DNA of 63,431 nucleotides, filler included, from Welwitschia mirabilis (lineage: Eukaryota): NCBI GenBank assembly GCA_051453625.1. It is 6 parts of one record of this genome, joined end to end, with 100 filler letters (N's around TTAATTAATTAA, not from the genome) between each part and the next. Parts side by side here need not be neighbours in the genome. Positions count along the whole stretch, not along the records: positions 1 to 23,023 come from JBOZIK010000001.1; 5 more parts are not named here. The stretch is one strand, 5' to 3'. The position numbers and the translations under genes are program-made. The notes beneath the pieces were generated by a model, which worked only from the letters and a program-made list of their open reading frames with translations, was not told the DNA's origin and searched no databases. This document shows positions 1-12,606 of this stretch, piece after piece. Positions within the stretch are counted from its first letter, which is position 1. Each line of letters begins with the position of its first letter.

Positions 1-102
1 AGGTAAACTCCCATCTATACTAGCATGTGCCTTTTTTATAAGTTATTTGATTTATAGGTTTATCTAAAGGACTTCAGAATTGCATAAATTTACACTGCAA
101 CA
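1..102 (+). mobile_element. 3' end of an Athila-like LTR (3' or solo LTR), same family as the LTR at 9124
   Basis: Ends TGCATAAATTTACACTGCAACA and contains CTCCCATCTATACTAG. Both are reverse complements of motifs at the left end of the LTR at 9124 (TGTTGCAGTGTGTATTTATGCA; CTAGTATAGATGGGAG). No PBS follows. Confidence 0.75.
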
Positions 103-1162
103 TCAACCAAACTTGGCATGATAAATATCACTTATTATTAGTTATTCTATCTTATAAAATCATAGTTATATGAAAAGGTGGATGATTTATAGGCTTAAAG
201 GAATTATTTGAAAATGAAATAGATGAATGAAATGGATTAAGAAGATGTTTAAATAGGTAATAATTCTTGGGAATATTTATAAGATACANNNNNNNNNNNN
301 NNNNNNNNNNNNNNNNNNNNNNNNNNNNNNNNNNNNNNNNNNNNNNNNNNNNNNNNNNNNNNNNNNNNNNNNNNNNNNNNNNNNNNNNACTTATTATTGG
401 TTATTCTATCTGAGAAAATCATAGGTATATGAAAAGGTGGATGATTTATAGGCTTAAAGGAATTATTTGAAAATGGAATAGTTGAATGGAATGGATTAAG
501 AAGATGTTTAAATAAGTAATGATTCTTGGGAATATTTATAAGATACACATCCTAATGCAATGTTTGACTTCATATAAATTAATTTAACTAATCTAAATCC
601 AAGTTATTAGGAGCAAATTTAGTATGAACTCATGACAGAGTTGTTTAATGGAATCTGAGGGGAAAGTATTAGAAATACTATGATTGTAAGGCTTAGTATA
701 TGAGAATGGAAAAAATAATAGCATAGGAAGGAAACAATTTTCATGGTAAGACTCTATACATGAGTTCAAAGGCTTGAGAAGAACATGAGAAGTGAAAACT
801 ATAGAGTTTCAACATTCAAAATCAAAATAACTTCAAATCATAACTTTCTTTTATTTTTTTAATAGTTATTGGAAAAGATTAAAAGAAACATGTTTTTCAT
901 TAAAAGGTGATTCAAACTAAAAGAAGAATAATCTCCATAATTAAAATTTAAATAAAACTCAAAAGATGAATGAAAATAAAAAGCATTTTATTTGTAAGAG
1001 AAAATTCAATATTATGAAGTTCATTATAAAGCCCAACAACAAAGTCAACTTCATTAATATCCNNNNNNNNNNNNNNNNNNNNNNNNNNNNNNNNNNNNNN
1101 NNNNNNNNNNNNNNNNNNNNNNNNNNNNNNNNNNNNNNNNNNNNNNNNNNNNNNNNNNNNNN

Positions 1163-1227
1163 TGTTAGTTTATCTGCAAAAAAACTCAAAATACCCTATC
1201 AAATACACTTAAGTTGGCATCGCAACA
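1163..1227 (-). mobile_element. LTR terminus fragment of the Athila-like family
   Basis: CTCAAAATACCCTATCAAATACACTTAAGTTGGCATCGCAACA matches the LTR ends at about 2669-2711 and 10342-10384. Confidence 0.8.
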
Positions 1228-1634
1228 CTTTTATTTTTTTAATAGTTATTGGAAAAGATTAAAAGAAATATGTTTTTCATCATAAGGTGATCCAAACTAA
1301 AAGAAGAATCATCTCCATAATTAAAATTTAAATCAAAATCAAAAGACGAATGGAAATAAAAAACATTTTATTTGCAAGAGAAAATTCAATATTATGAAGT
1401 TCATTATGAAGCCCAACAACAAAGTCAGATTCATTAATATCCTTTAGTATTTTAATGGTATTAAAGACATTTAAATCCATAGTTATATTTCTAAATTAAA
1501 TTTTCATAAGACCATTTCTACAACAAATAAGAGAATTAGTAGTTTTAAGGAATGGTCTTTCTATTATAAGAAGAACTAAATGATGTATCAATGGTTTCAT
1601 TTTTAAAACTATACCGTTTACATAGAAGTTACAA

Positions 1635-2711
1635 TGTTGTNNNNNNNNNNNNNNNNNNNNNNNNNNNNNNNNNNNNNNNNNNNNNNNNNNNNNNNNNNNN
1701 NNNNNNNNNNNNNNNNNNNNNNNNNNNNNNNNNNNNNNNNNNNNNNNNNNNNNNNNNNNNNNNNNNNNNNNNNNNNNNNNNNNNNNNNNNNNNNNNNNNN
1801 NNNNNNNNNNNNNNNNNNNNNNNNNNNNNNNNNNNNNNNNNNNNNNNNNNNNNNNNNNNNNNNNNNNNNNNNNNNNNNNNNNNNNNNNNNNNNNNNNNNN
1901 NNNNNNNNNNNNNNNNNNNNNNNNNNNNNNNNNNNNNNNNNNNNNNNNNNNNNNNNNNNNNNNNNNNNNNNNNNNNNNNNNNNNNNNNNNNNNNNNNNNN
2001 NNNNNNNNNNNNNNNNNNNNNNNNNNNNNNNNNNNNNNNNNNNNNNNNNNNNNNNNNNNNNNNNNNNNNNNCTTAATGAAGGAAATGCCACCCAACACCA
2101 AGGAAATATCTCTCTACAATCACAGAATGGTACACCGTTCCCAAGATCTCTTGTCATGAGTATATCAAGTAACATCGAAGTTGATTAGGAATTAAGGGGG
2201 AAACCCTTATTTATAGATAGAAAAGGAAGGGAAACTGATAAAAAAGTATAAGAGAAACCCTAGATAACATGCAAAGAAAAGTTATAATAAAGTGGTAATA
2301 ACTCAGAAAAACATTCAATAAAAGTATGAGAGAACAGTGTCATCCTTCTGGTCATCCAGACACTCTCAAGAGATCATGAAGATTGATAATTAGATATCTG
2401 TTTATCTTCCAATTTAACTACTTCTGAACTACATGTAAACTTTTTATCACCCTATTAGAGATGTCATCCGTCACTAACGTTTGGACAATAAAGTGGATGA
2501 CAAGCTTTTGTCAATTTTCAATCCATCTGATCGCTTGTTTTTTGTAGGAATTATTATTCAAAATATCATTTATCCANNNNNNNNNNTTATATCTTTTCAT
2601 TCTGTTCATCCCATTCCTTCATTATCATGAGAACTAAGTATTTATCTATTAATTCACTTACAAAATAACTCAAAATACCCTATCAAATACACTTAAGTTA
2701 ACAGTGCAACA
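1635..2711 (-). repeat. 3' LTR of the 1635-10384 element
   Basis: TGTTGT at 1635 precedes a gap; 2073-2711 aligns with about 9747-10384; ends GCAACA next to the PPT. Confidence 0.85.
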
Positions 2712-2730
2712 TAGCCCCACACTTAGCCTT
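2712..2730 (-). promoter_or_regulatory. Polypurine-tract region
   Basis: Minus strand reads AAGGCTAAGTGTGGGGCTA immediately before TGTTG. The same motif precedes the LTRs at 34255 (-), 43485 (+) and 55557 (+). Confidence 0.75.
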
Positions 2731-4270
2731 ATCAGTCCCTGATAAAATCAAGCAGTAAACCATTTTGCGAGCCAACATTTTTGACAATAAAAAAAGCTAG
2801 GATATCTAAAGAAAGTATCCAAAAAAGATTTACANNNNNNNNNNNNNNNNNNNNNNNNNNNNNNNNNNNNNNNNNNNNNNNNNNNNNNNNNNNNNNNNNN
2901 NNNNNNNNNNNNNNNNNNNNNNNNNNNNNNNNNNNNNNNNNNNNNNNNNNNNNNNNNNNNNNNNNNNNNNNNNNNNNNNNNNNNNNNNNNNNNNNNNNNN
3001 NNNNNNNNNNNNNNNNNNNNNNNNNNNNNNNNNNNNNNNNNNNNNNNNNNNNNNNNNNNNNNNNNNNNNNNNNNNNNNNNNNNNNNNNNNNNNNNNNNNN
3101 NNNNNNNNNNNNNNNNNNNNNNNNNNNNNNNNNNNNNNNNNNNNNNNNNNNNNNNNNNNNNNNNNNNNNNNNNNNNNNNNNNNNNNNNNNNNNNNNNNNN
3201 NNNNNNNNNNNNNNNNNNNNNNNAAAAATGATCAGAAAATAGTAGACATGAAAATAGAAGAAAAGCAGAGGAAAAAAGGACACAAATAAGAAGGAGAAGA
3301 TTGTTTACCTATCCTAAGTACTAACATAGCAAACTCCCACAGAAAATATTATAACATTACCTAAGTAAAGATGCATGATAAAATGTATTAACTTCATAAT
3401 ATTCATTCAAAAAGGTGGTGATTATGGCAATATCCAAAGTGTCAAGTGTATAAAATAATGAAGATTAAAATCAAAAGTTACTTAAAAGGGGATTCACCTA
3501 CTTTTTCCTACAAACTCACCGAAATCTCCAAAAGTGAAATGATCAAGTGGGAATACAAAAAGTTTTATTTCTTTTTACCATGATGAGGGGGGTGTAACCA
3601 CTATCAGAGGAGTAAGAACCTGAAAAGCATGGCCAATTGACCCCCCAATGGAGTTTCCATAGCTATAATATTACACTACCAAAGGCTTCTCTCAGAAATA
3701 TTTTCTCCAATGTACTTGTGGTAGGACATCTTATTTGTCACTTTTTTTTTATGAAATACAAAAGATAAAATTCCCACATGATTACACACTTAAGAAANNN
3801 AAGGTGAATAAGTAAGATAAAAGACAGAAGAGAATACTCCTCAATAACTTAAGATTTAACCACCATTGGAAAAAACAACACAAAAAACTAAGGCATCTTC
3901 CTGTAAATACAGTCCAAAGACATGGGAATGTCTCAAGATTGGGTGAATCCAATCTTACCACTTATAAATGCCTAAGTATAAAACTAAACATAACACTTTA
4001 TAGAGTAATACACAAGTCAAGTTTTAAAAGATAATCAAGTAAAGTCATAATATTTAATCAAAGGAGGAGGATAAGAAAGAACTTAGATAATGATAGGGAG
4101 GAAGTCCTCTTTAGTGAGGTTAACTTCCAAAACAAGTACTTCTACCATGTTCATAGTTGTATCTAAAGATCCCTTATGTCATTTCAACCATTTTTTATGT
4201 GTATACACCATTTTTCACCCATAATTTTTATGATTTAATCTTTTACAATTTGCTCTAGGATTGGACAGTG

Positions 4271-7200
4271 CTAGAAAAATAGGGTTGGTTTTACATTTTT
4301 CTCCAAACCTAAATTTTTGCTTAAATCTTTTTTAGCTCCATTAAAAACTCTAATTGAAAATCGTTTGTTTCCAAAATGGCACTTCATTAATCCAGTTCTT
4401 CTGTCTAGGATGTAATGGGTAGTTGCATAGAAAGCTCTACCTAGAAGTAGCAGATATCCACCTGGATGCTTAACTTCTAGAACAACTACATCTATTAGGT
4501 AGAAAGCTTCCTCTATCTGAATAACCATGTCTTTGGTCACACTTATGGGTTTCTTTACTGATGCATCAGCCAATTCTAAGACAATTTATGTAGGTTTTAT
4601 TTGTCCTTCCAATCTAATATGTTGACAAATGTGCAAGGGAATAATATTAACACTAGCTCCTATATTTATTAAGGATTTCTTAATTCTTTAGTTCCCCTCT
4701 AAAGTGATACAAAGATCTTTAAACTTTGGACCCTTCTTGNNNNNNNNNNAAAAGTTTCTAAAAAGGTAAGTTGATGATTATGTTTTGCATTAAGGCTTTC
4801 AAATGATCATCAAAGATAGGGTTTGTATTAAACCTATTAATCCATGGGGTAGTAGGTTTCCTTTATGATGAATTTTTCTTTTTGTTACTAAGTGACAAAG
4901 GGAAGGAATGATTTTATAGGATTTTTATGTCCTCTTCCTCATCGTTGTTATCATTTTAGGAAGTTGAATCCTTATGAGTAGGGGGAGTTGTATCATTTTT
5001 ACTCCTTGCCACTATCTTACAATCTTTTTATACTTCGTTAGGATTTGATAAANNNNNNNNNNNNNNNNNNNNNNNNNNNNNNNNNNNNNNNNNNNNNNNN
5101 NNNNNNNNNNNNNNNNNNNNNNNNNNNNNNNNNNNNNNNNNNNNNNNNNNNNTATTGGGTAGAAAGCTTCCTCTATCTAAATAACCAAGCCCTTGATCAT
5201 ACCTAAGGGTTTCTTTACTGATGCATCAGCCAACTCTAAGACAATTTGTGTAGGTTTTATTCATCCTTCCAATCCAAGACATTGACAAATGTGCAAGGGC
5301 ATAATATTAATACTAGCTCCTATATCTATCAAGGATTTCTTAATTTTTTAGTTCCCCTCTAAAGTGACACTAATAGTTGCTGCGCCCAGATCTTTAAACT
5401 TTGGACACTTCTTAAAAACTAAGTTGCTAAGGGATTGAGCTAGGAAGACTTTACTAGGAATGGTTTATTTTTATTTTCTTCTTATTAGGTCTTTCCATAG
5501 CTTAGAGTATTTGGGGTTCTCTTGTAAAAGTTTCTAAAAAGGTAAGTTAATGCTTACATTTTGCATTAAGGCTTATTAATCCATGGGATAGCAGGTTTCC
5601 TTTGTAATGAATCTTTCTTTTTGTTACTAAGTGAAGAAGGGAAGGAATGATTTTCTAGGATTTTTATATCCTCTTCCTCATCGTTCTTATCATTTTGGAA
5701 AGTTGAAGCCTCATGAGTAGGGGGAGTTATGTCATTTCCACTTCTTGTCACCACCTTACAATCTTTTGATACTTCGTTAGGCTTTGATAAATGTTGAGTG
5801 ACAAGGGTCTCNNNNNNNNNNNNNNNNNNNNNNNNNNNNNNNNNNNNNNNNNNNNNNNNNNNNNNNNNNNNNNNNNNNNNNNNNNNNNNNNNNNNNNNNN
5901 NNNNNNNNNNNNNNNNNNNNNNNNNNNNNNNNNNNNNNNNNNNNNNNNNNNNNNNNNNNNNNNNNNNNNNNNNNNNNNNNNNNNNNNNNNNNNNNNNNNN
6001 NNNNNNNNNNNNNNNNNNNNNNNNNNNNNNNNNNNNNNNNNNNNNNNNNNNNNNNNNNNNNNNNNNNNTTAATTTAGGACTTGTCTTTGGTTGTAGTTTT
6101 AAATGTAGTTGGAAGGTCTTTGATTAAAAGCACGTACTTCCTCATAGATTCTTTCTTTGCAAGTTAGAAGTAAAGGGCACTCTTTTATGATATGATATCT
6201 ATCTTCACACAAATCACATGTTGGAACAAAGATTTCATTCTTCTCAGTTGTCACTTTAGCATCAAGGGCTATTTAAGTGTATTTCTCTAAGATAGAAGTG
6301 AAATCCTTAATAATGTTAGTTGGTTTATTTTCTATTTTGGTTTAGTNNNNNNNNNNNNNNNNNNNNNNNNNNNNNNNNNNNNNNNNNNNNNNNNNNNNNN
6401 NNNNNNNNNNNNNNNNNNNNNNNNNNNNNNNNNNNNNNNNNNNNNNAAATCCTTAATAATGTTAGTTGGTTTATTTTCTATTTTGGTTTAGTCTTTTCAT
6501 GCTTGACTTCTTTGAGGTCTTTGATGATTTGACCTACGGTTTAGTTTTCTCTATGGGAGGGTTTAGGCCAAGTTTGAATTACTTCCACTAAATCTTTCAA
6601 CACCTTCCAAGCATCTTTTAAAGTTTGGTTTAAGAGGTTTTCAAGTTGATATAACTATTTAATCCACTATAGAAATAGTTAATTAAATCTACATCAGAAA
6701 AGGCATCTAAAGGTTTGAATGTAAAGCACCAAAGAATCGCTCATAGGCAGAGGCATAGTTTTTGTTAGGGAGTTGTTAAATGTTTGTGACTTCTTTCTTA
6801 CACTTCTGGATGGTGGTTTTACTCATGAATCTTTTGATAAAGGCTTCATAAACTTGACTCCTAAATTTTAGGCTCTTATGAGGGATTGTTCTAAGCCAAA
6901 GTTTTGCTTTATCTCTCAAGGTCATGAGAAAGATAACCATATAGGTTCTATTGCTTATTTATTTTTTACCATTTTCGAACATAACGATAAGTTTTTCAAT
7001 GTCGGTGATGTGTTGTAAAGGGATTTTATTAGGTTCTCCACTAAAGGTAGGATAAGCATTCAAGTTTTTAAGTTCTACATCATCACCAGGAGGTAAGTCA
7101 AAAGGATTTTGGANNNNNNNNNNNNNNNNNNNNNNNNNNNNNNNNNNNNNNNNNNNNNNNNNNNNNNNNNNNNNNNNNNNNNNNNNNNNNNNNNNNNNNN

Positions 7201-8800
7201 NNNNNNNNNNNNNTTTGTAACTTCTTTCTTACACTTCTGGATGGTGGTTTCATTCATGAATCTTTTGATAAAGGCTTCATAAACTTAACTCCAAGATTTT
7301 TGACTCTTATGAGGGATTGTTCTAAGCTAAAATTTTGCTTTATCTCTCAAGGTTATGAGAAAGATAACCATGTAGATTCTATTGCTTATTCATTTTTACC
7401 ATTTTCGAACATAATGATAAGTTATTCAATGTCGGTAATGTGTTGTAAATGGTTTTCATTAGGTTCTCCCCTAAAGGTAGGGTAAGCATTTAAGTTTTTA
7501 AGTTTTACATCATCACCAGGAGGTAAGTTGAAAGGATCTTGGAGTTCAAGTTTCTTATTCGCTATAAGATCTCTTAAAGTAGCACGAGTATTAGGTCGAG
7601 AAGGAGTATAAGTAAGGGTTCCAATGACAGGGGGTGGATTTGGAGAGAGAGGTAATTTTTGTTTTTGATTAGAGGTTGACATGCTATTAAATTTTTTAGA
7701 ATTAAAATTAGAAATTGTAGGAAATTCTAAGTCTTGCATACTTGAGCTATTTTGATTTGTTTCTATTTCAAAGTTTAGCAAACCTTCTCTGATATTTTCA
7801 GAAATGAATAGATTCTCTCTTTGATATTTTTCCTTTTTTTTAATTTTAATAATTCAGTCTCAGATTTGAGAAGGTGATGTCCTATTCATCGTCCGAATGA
7901 TAATCTGGATGACAGAAACACAGACAACCATAGAAAGAGGGAAGGCAGAAAATGGGATAGTCATCTGACTGTGACATCTAGATGAAAAAGGGGACATTAG
8001 AGGTTAGCAAAAATAAAAATCGAAATAAAAACTTACAGAAGGTACTGGTACACCGCTAATGCAGCAAACATCTAGAATATTCACTAAAGCAATGACAACN
8101 NNNNNNNNNAATTAATATGCACAAACACAACACACTAGTATAGATGGGAGTAATTCAAAATTTGTAATTCCATCGAAGGCTAAAGTATAAAAAAGAAAGA
8201 GTTGCTTTCAAAAGGAAACTATGTGACCCTAATCTACTAAAATAAATTACAATGCATAGAATTAAAATGAAAAATTTTTATGCAAAACTAATCTAGAAAA
8301 ATAAATAATGATGCACCTAAACTAATCAAGATCAACGACAAAGGCTACCCTTATAATCTATATAATAGAATAAACNNNNNNNNNNNNNNNNNNNNNNNNN
8401 NNNNNNNNNNNNNNNNNNNNNNNNNNNNNNNNNNNNNNNNNNNNNNNNNNNNNNNNNNNNNNNNNNNNNNNNNNNAGTTTTTAAGTTCTACATCATCACC
8501 AGGAGGTAAGTCAAAAGGATTTTGGACTTCAAGTTTCTTGTTCAGTATGAGATCTCTTAAAGTAGCATGAGTATTAGGTCAAGAACAAGTAGAAGTAAGG
8601 GTTATAATGACAGGGGGTGGATTTGGAGAGATAGGTTATTTTTATTTTTGGTTAGAGGTTGACATGCTATCAAATTTTTTAGAATTAAAATTAGAAATTA
8701 TAGGAAATTCTAAACCTTACATACCTGGGCTGTTTTGATTTTTTCTATTTCAAAGTTTCGCAAACCTTCTCTGATATTTTCAATAATAAATAGCTTCTCT
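4271..8800 (-). pseudogene. Decayed gag-aspartic protease polyprotein (present as overlapping duplicate contigs)
   Basis: Gag motifs NAYPTFRGEPNENHLQHITDIE and LRDKAKLWLRTIP; zinc knuckle CDLCEDRYHIIKEC (CX2CX4HX4C, 6177-6218); protease KSLIDIGASINIMP and LLLGRAF; multiple stops. Confidence 0.88.
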
Positions 8801-9102
8801 TTTTGATATTTTTCCTTTTTTTTTAATTTTAACAATTCAGTCTTAAATTTGAGAAGGTGATGTCCTATTTGTCATCTGGATGATAATCTGGATAATAGAA
8901 ACATAGACGACCACAGAAAGAGGAAAGGTAGGAAATGGGATAGTCATCTAACTATGATGTCTAGATGACAAAGGGGATGTTAGAGGTTAGCAAAAAGAAA
9001 AATCAAAATAAAAACTTATAGAAGGTATCGATACACCGCTACTATAGCAAACATCTAGAATATCCACTAAAGTAATGACAACTCTTAAATTCCAAGTATC
9101 CT

Positions 9103-9120
9103 TCCCTGGCAATGGCGCCA
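9103..9120 (-). promoter_or_regulatory. Primer-binding site (Athila-type)
   Basis: Minus strand TGGCGCCATTGCCAGGGA, 3 nt inside the LTR end; close to the Athila consensus TGGCGCCGTTGCCGGGGA. Confidence 0.88.
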
Positions 9121-9123
9121 AGA

Positions 9124-10384
9124 TGTTGCAGTGTGTATTTATGCAATGTTTTATATCCTCAGTTGAATCCTATTAATCACAATTAATATGAACAAATACA
9201 ACACACTAGTATAGATGGGAGTAATCCAAAATTTGTAATTCCATCGAAGGCCAAAGTATGAAAAAGAAAGAGTTACTTTCAAAAGGAAATTATGTGACCC
9301 TAATCTACTAAAATAAATTGCAATGCATGAAATTAAAATGAAACATTTTTATACAAAACTAATCTAGGAAAATAAATAATTATGCACCTAAACTAATCAA
9401 GCTCGACCTTGATAAAGGCTATCCTCATAATATATATAACAGAAGAAACCTATCACTAAATCTTAAATAACATAAACTATGAGGGATANNNNNNNNNNNN
9501 NNNNNNNNNNNNNNNNNNNNNNNNNNNNNNNNNNNNNNNNNNNNNNNNNNNNNNNNNNNNNNNNNNNNNNNNNNNNNNNNNNNNNNNNAAAGGCTACCCT
9601 TATAATCTATATAATAGAATAAACTTGTTACTAAATCTTAAATAATATAAACTATGATGGATAAGTTCCTACATATATTAAATACAAAAGAAGATAATTC
9701 ATATTAAAAAGTATGCAACATTCATATTACAAAGTAGCTGTTTCTCAATAAAGGAAATGTCATCCAATACCAAGGGAACATCTCTCTACAATCACAGAAT
9801 AATTCTTCAGTCCTAAGATCTCTTGTCATGAGTATATTAGGTATTGTCAGACCCTTATTTATAGATAGAAAAGTAAGGGAAACTAATAGAAAAGTATAGG
9901 AGAAACCCTAGCTAACATGCAAAGGAAAGTTGCAATAAAGTGATGACAACTCGAGAAAACATTCGGTAAAGGTATAAGAGAATAGTGTCATCCTTCTGGT
10001 CATCTGAACACTCTTAGGAGATGATGAAGATTGATAATTAGATATCTATTTATCATCTAATTTAACTGCTTATGAATTGCATGTAAAATTGTTATCGCCC
10101 TATTAGAGATGTCGTCTGTCACTGACGTCCAGACGATAAAGTGGACGACAGGCTTTTGTCAATCTTCAATTAGTCTGATCACTCGTTATTTGTAGGAATC
10201 ATTATCCAAGATATCATTTATCCATGTCTGCACAAAATTCTTTGTAATTTATTTAGAAATTATATATTTTCATTCTATTCATCCTTATTCTTCATTATCA
10301 TGAGAACTAAGCATTTATCTATTAATTCACTTGTAAAACAACTTAAAATACCCTATCAAATACATGTAAGTTGGCAGCCCAACA
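9124..10384 (-). repeat. 5' LTR of the 1635-10384 element
   Basis: TGTTG...CAACA termini, adjacent to the PBS. Contains a 100-N gap with a duplicated overlap, so the true length is about 1.1 kb. Confidence 0.9.
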
Positions 10385-12448
10385 TGTAATTACTAATTTA
10401 AACTATTATATCTTCTACTATTTCAAGTGATAACTTCAAACAATTATAAGCCAGTTGTAACTAAAAATTGATGTATTTAAGGTTATTTAAGCCATGTTCT
10501 TTATAAAAAAAAGAGGGTAAAATATTAACACTAGTCTAATAAGGCTTGTCTACAGTATTTGTATCTAATGGTAGTGGCTATTATTAGGTAATCAAGATCT
10601 TCATATTTTAAAGAAATTTGATGTTATATCCCAGCATTAGTTTGTTATACTAGAAAAGCATTTTTTATAACATACATATATCTCTTTACAACACACATAT
10701 CTTTAAGAAATTTAGCATATGAAGGTAGTTGTTTGATAGCTTCTAAGAGAGAAATGTTAGTCTTAAATTTATAAAAAATTTATAAGGCTTCTAGTTCCTT
10801 CTTTGCTATGTTCTTTTTTTTAAAACTATTATAGAAATGGTAAAGGTTCTTTGTAAGTTAGTATTAGATTTTTAATATCCTTTTTTATTTCCTTCTCCTT
10901 ATTGATCTTTATTAGTGGTTATTCCTCTTGTATCTGGTCTTTCTTTAAATCTTGATTAATTTTCTTTTCATGTTTAATATGGATGGCTTTTCTCTCCTTA
11001 ATAAGACTTTTATCTACTCCCTTTACTACCTTAACATCTCTAGGATTAGGTTTAATAATCGTAAGAGGTTTTTCTTATTCTTATTAGTTTAGGATATAAA
11101 TAATATAAGTGGTTGTTTAGTTAAGATTTTATTCTACTATCTAAGTAGTCTACAATTATAACTTTATAAACTTCTTAAAAGTATCCTTTAAAAATTAAAT
11201 GATAGATGTTGGTGAGTTGATGATGAGAAATTTTGGTTAGATGGGAATGGATAAGGATTGAAAGGAAAGGGAAATTGATTCCTAAGTTAACTAGTTAAAG
11301 GTTGTTATCACTATTATTATTCTATTTTCATAAAAAATTTAGATGATTCTTTCACTTGGATTTATAACTATTTAAACATTTATTGTTTTATTTGGTTTTA
11401 TCAATGTTGTTATACCACATTAACTTGCTTATTTACCATGTTTTGAAAGATAGAAATGGAAGGATATTCAGAAGTTTCATGGTTGTTAAAATGGCATGTT
11501 AAGAATTCAAGCTTAAATATTATAAGATTAGGATATGTGGTGAGGGAGTCAAGTTTTTTGAAATGTTAATCTATCTTGTTATTAACATATAAGTTTTTTG
11601 AAACCTTAAAAACACTAGTGGGTTTAACTACATAACATGATCTATAAGTTTTAAAAATTGATTCTAAATAATCTAATTCTTCATATATTTCTAGATTAAG
11701 GAACCTACCTTTGCTTATAATTTCTAGTCATTATTTATAATTTAAGGATAGTCCTTAATAAAATAAACTAATTATTCTTCTTTTATTAAAACTATGTTAT
11801 GGGAATTTCAAGAGTAGGTCCTTAAATATTTATAAGATTTTAGAGAATGTTTCATAACTTTTATTAAAAGTTCATCATTTTTATTCTTAAGTCAATATTT
11901 TTATAATTGGAAAATAATTGATTGGTAAAAGCTCTATTTAACTTAGCCCATGTTATGATGGAAATGAATTTTAAAGTGTACAAGTAGGGTTTGGATTTTT
12001 CTTTTGATGAAAAAGGGGATAAATTCAATAAAGGTGCATTAATTGTGATGGCAAACTAAGGAAAAGTTAAAAGCATCTATTTAAACTCTTCAAATTTAAG
12101 TATGAATCTTTAGATTTAAGAACATGGAAGTGTGGAAGAAGTTGAATGATGAATGATTTAAAATATAATATACATGCAATTGGATATTAAAGTATACATG
12201 AAGGACTTATTAAACATTAAGATTGAAGAAAATATTTAAGAAGAATTNNNNNNNNNNAAGAATTGTTAACAATGTTTAATTAATTATGAAAACTAAGATT
12301 TTGTGATAATGTTTAGTTTGAAAAATGAAATTGAAACTATTAGAAAACTAAGCATTTAAGAAATAAAGTGGGTTATTAAACTAAGGATCTGAGCAAGCAA
12401 ATTTTTTGTTTATGTGTTTCTTCATTTGAAATCCTTTATGTGAATGGT

Positions 12449-12606
12449 TATTGCGATGCCAACTTAGATGTATTTGATAGAGTATTTTGAGTTGTTTTAT
12501 AGATAAACTAATAGATAAACACCTAGTTCCTATCACAATTGAGAATCCAGGAGCATAAGAAAAAAAATGCAGTTTATTAGATAATTTACAAGAATTTCAT
12601 ATATAT
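12449..12606 (+). mobile_element. 5' part of an Athila-like LTR inserted in the older element
   Basis: TATTGCGATGCCAACTTAGATGTATTTGATAGAGTATTTTGAG... aligns for about 150 bp with the LTR start at 55557, then is lost in a gap. Confidence 0.7.

Larger units (their letters stand above)
1635..10384 (-). mobile_element. Athila-like Ty3/Gypsy LTR retrotransposon, gag-protease only, degenerate
   Basis: Paired LTRs with TGTTG...CAACA termini (1635-2711; 9124-10384), PBS at 9103-9120, PPT-like tract at 2712-2730, gag and protease motifs inside. Flanks TACAA/TGTAA are compatible with a decayed 5-bp TSD. Length is inflated by duplicated contigs. Confidence 0.9.

Noticed and set aside
3580..3623. ATGATGA...CTGA as a C/D-box snoRNA
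   Set aside because: Too short, no terminal stem, and the CTGA is not kept in the homologous block at about 35699-35745.
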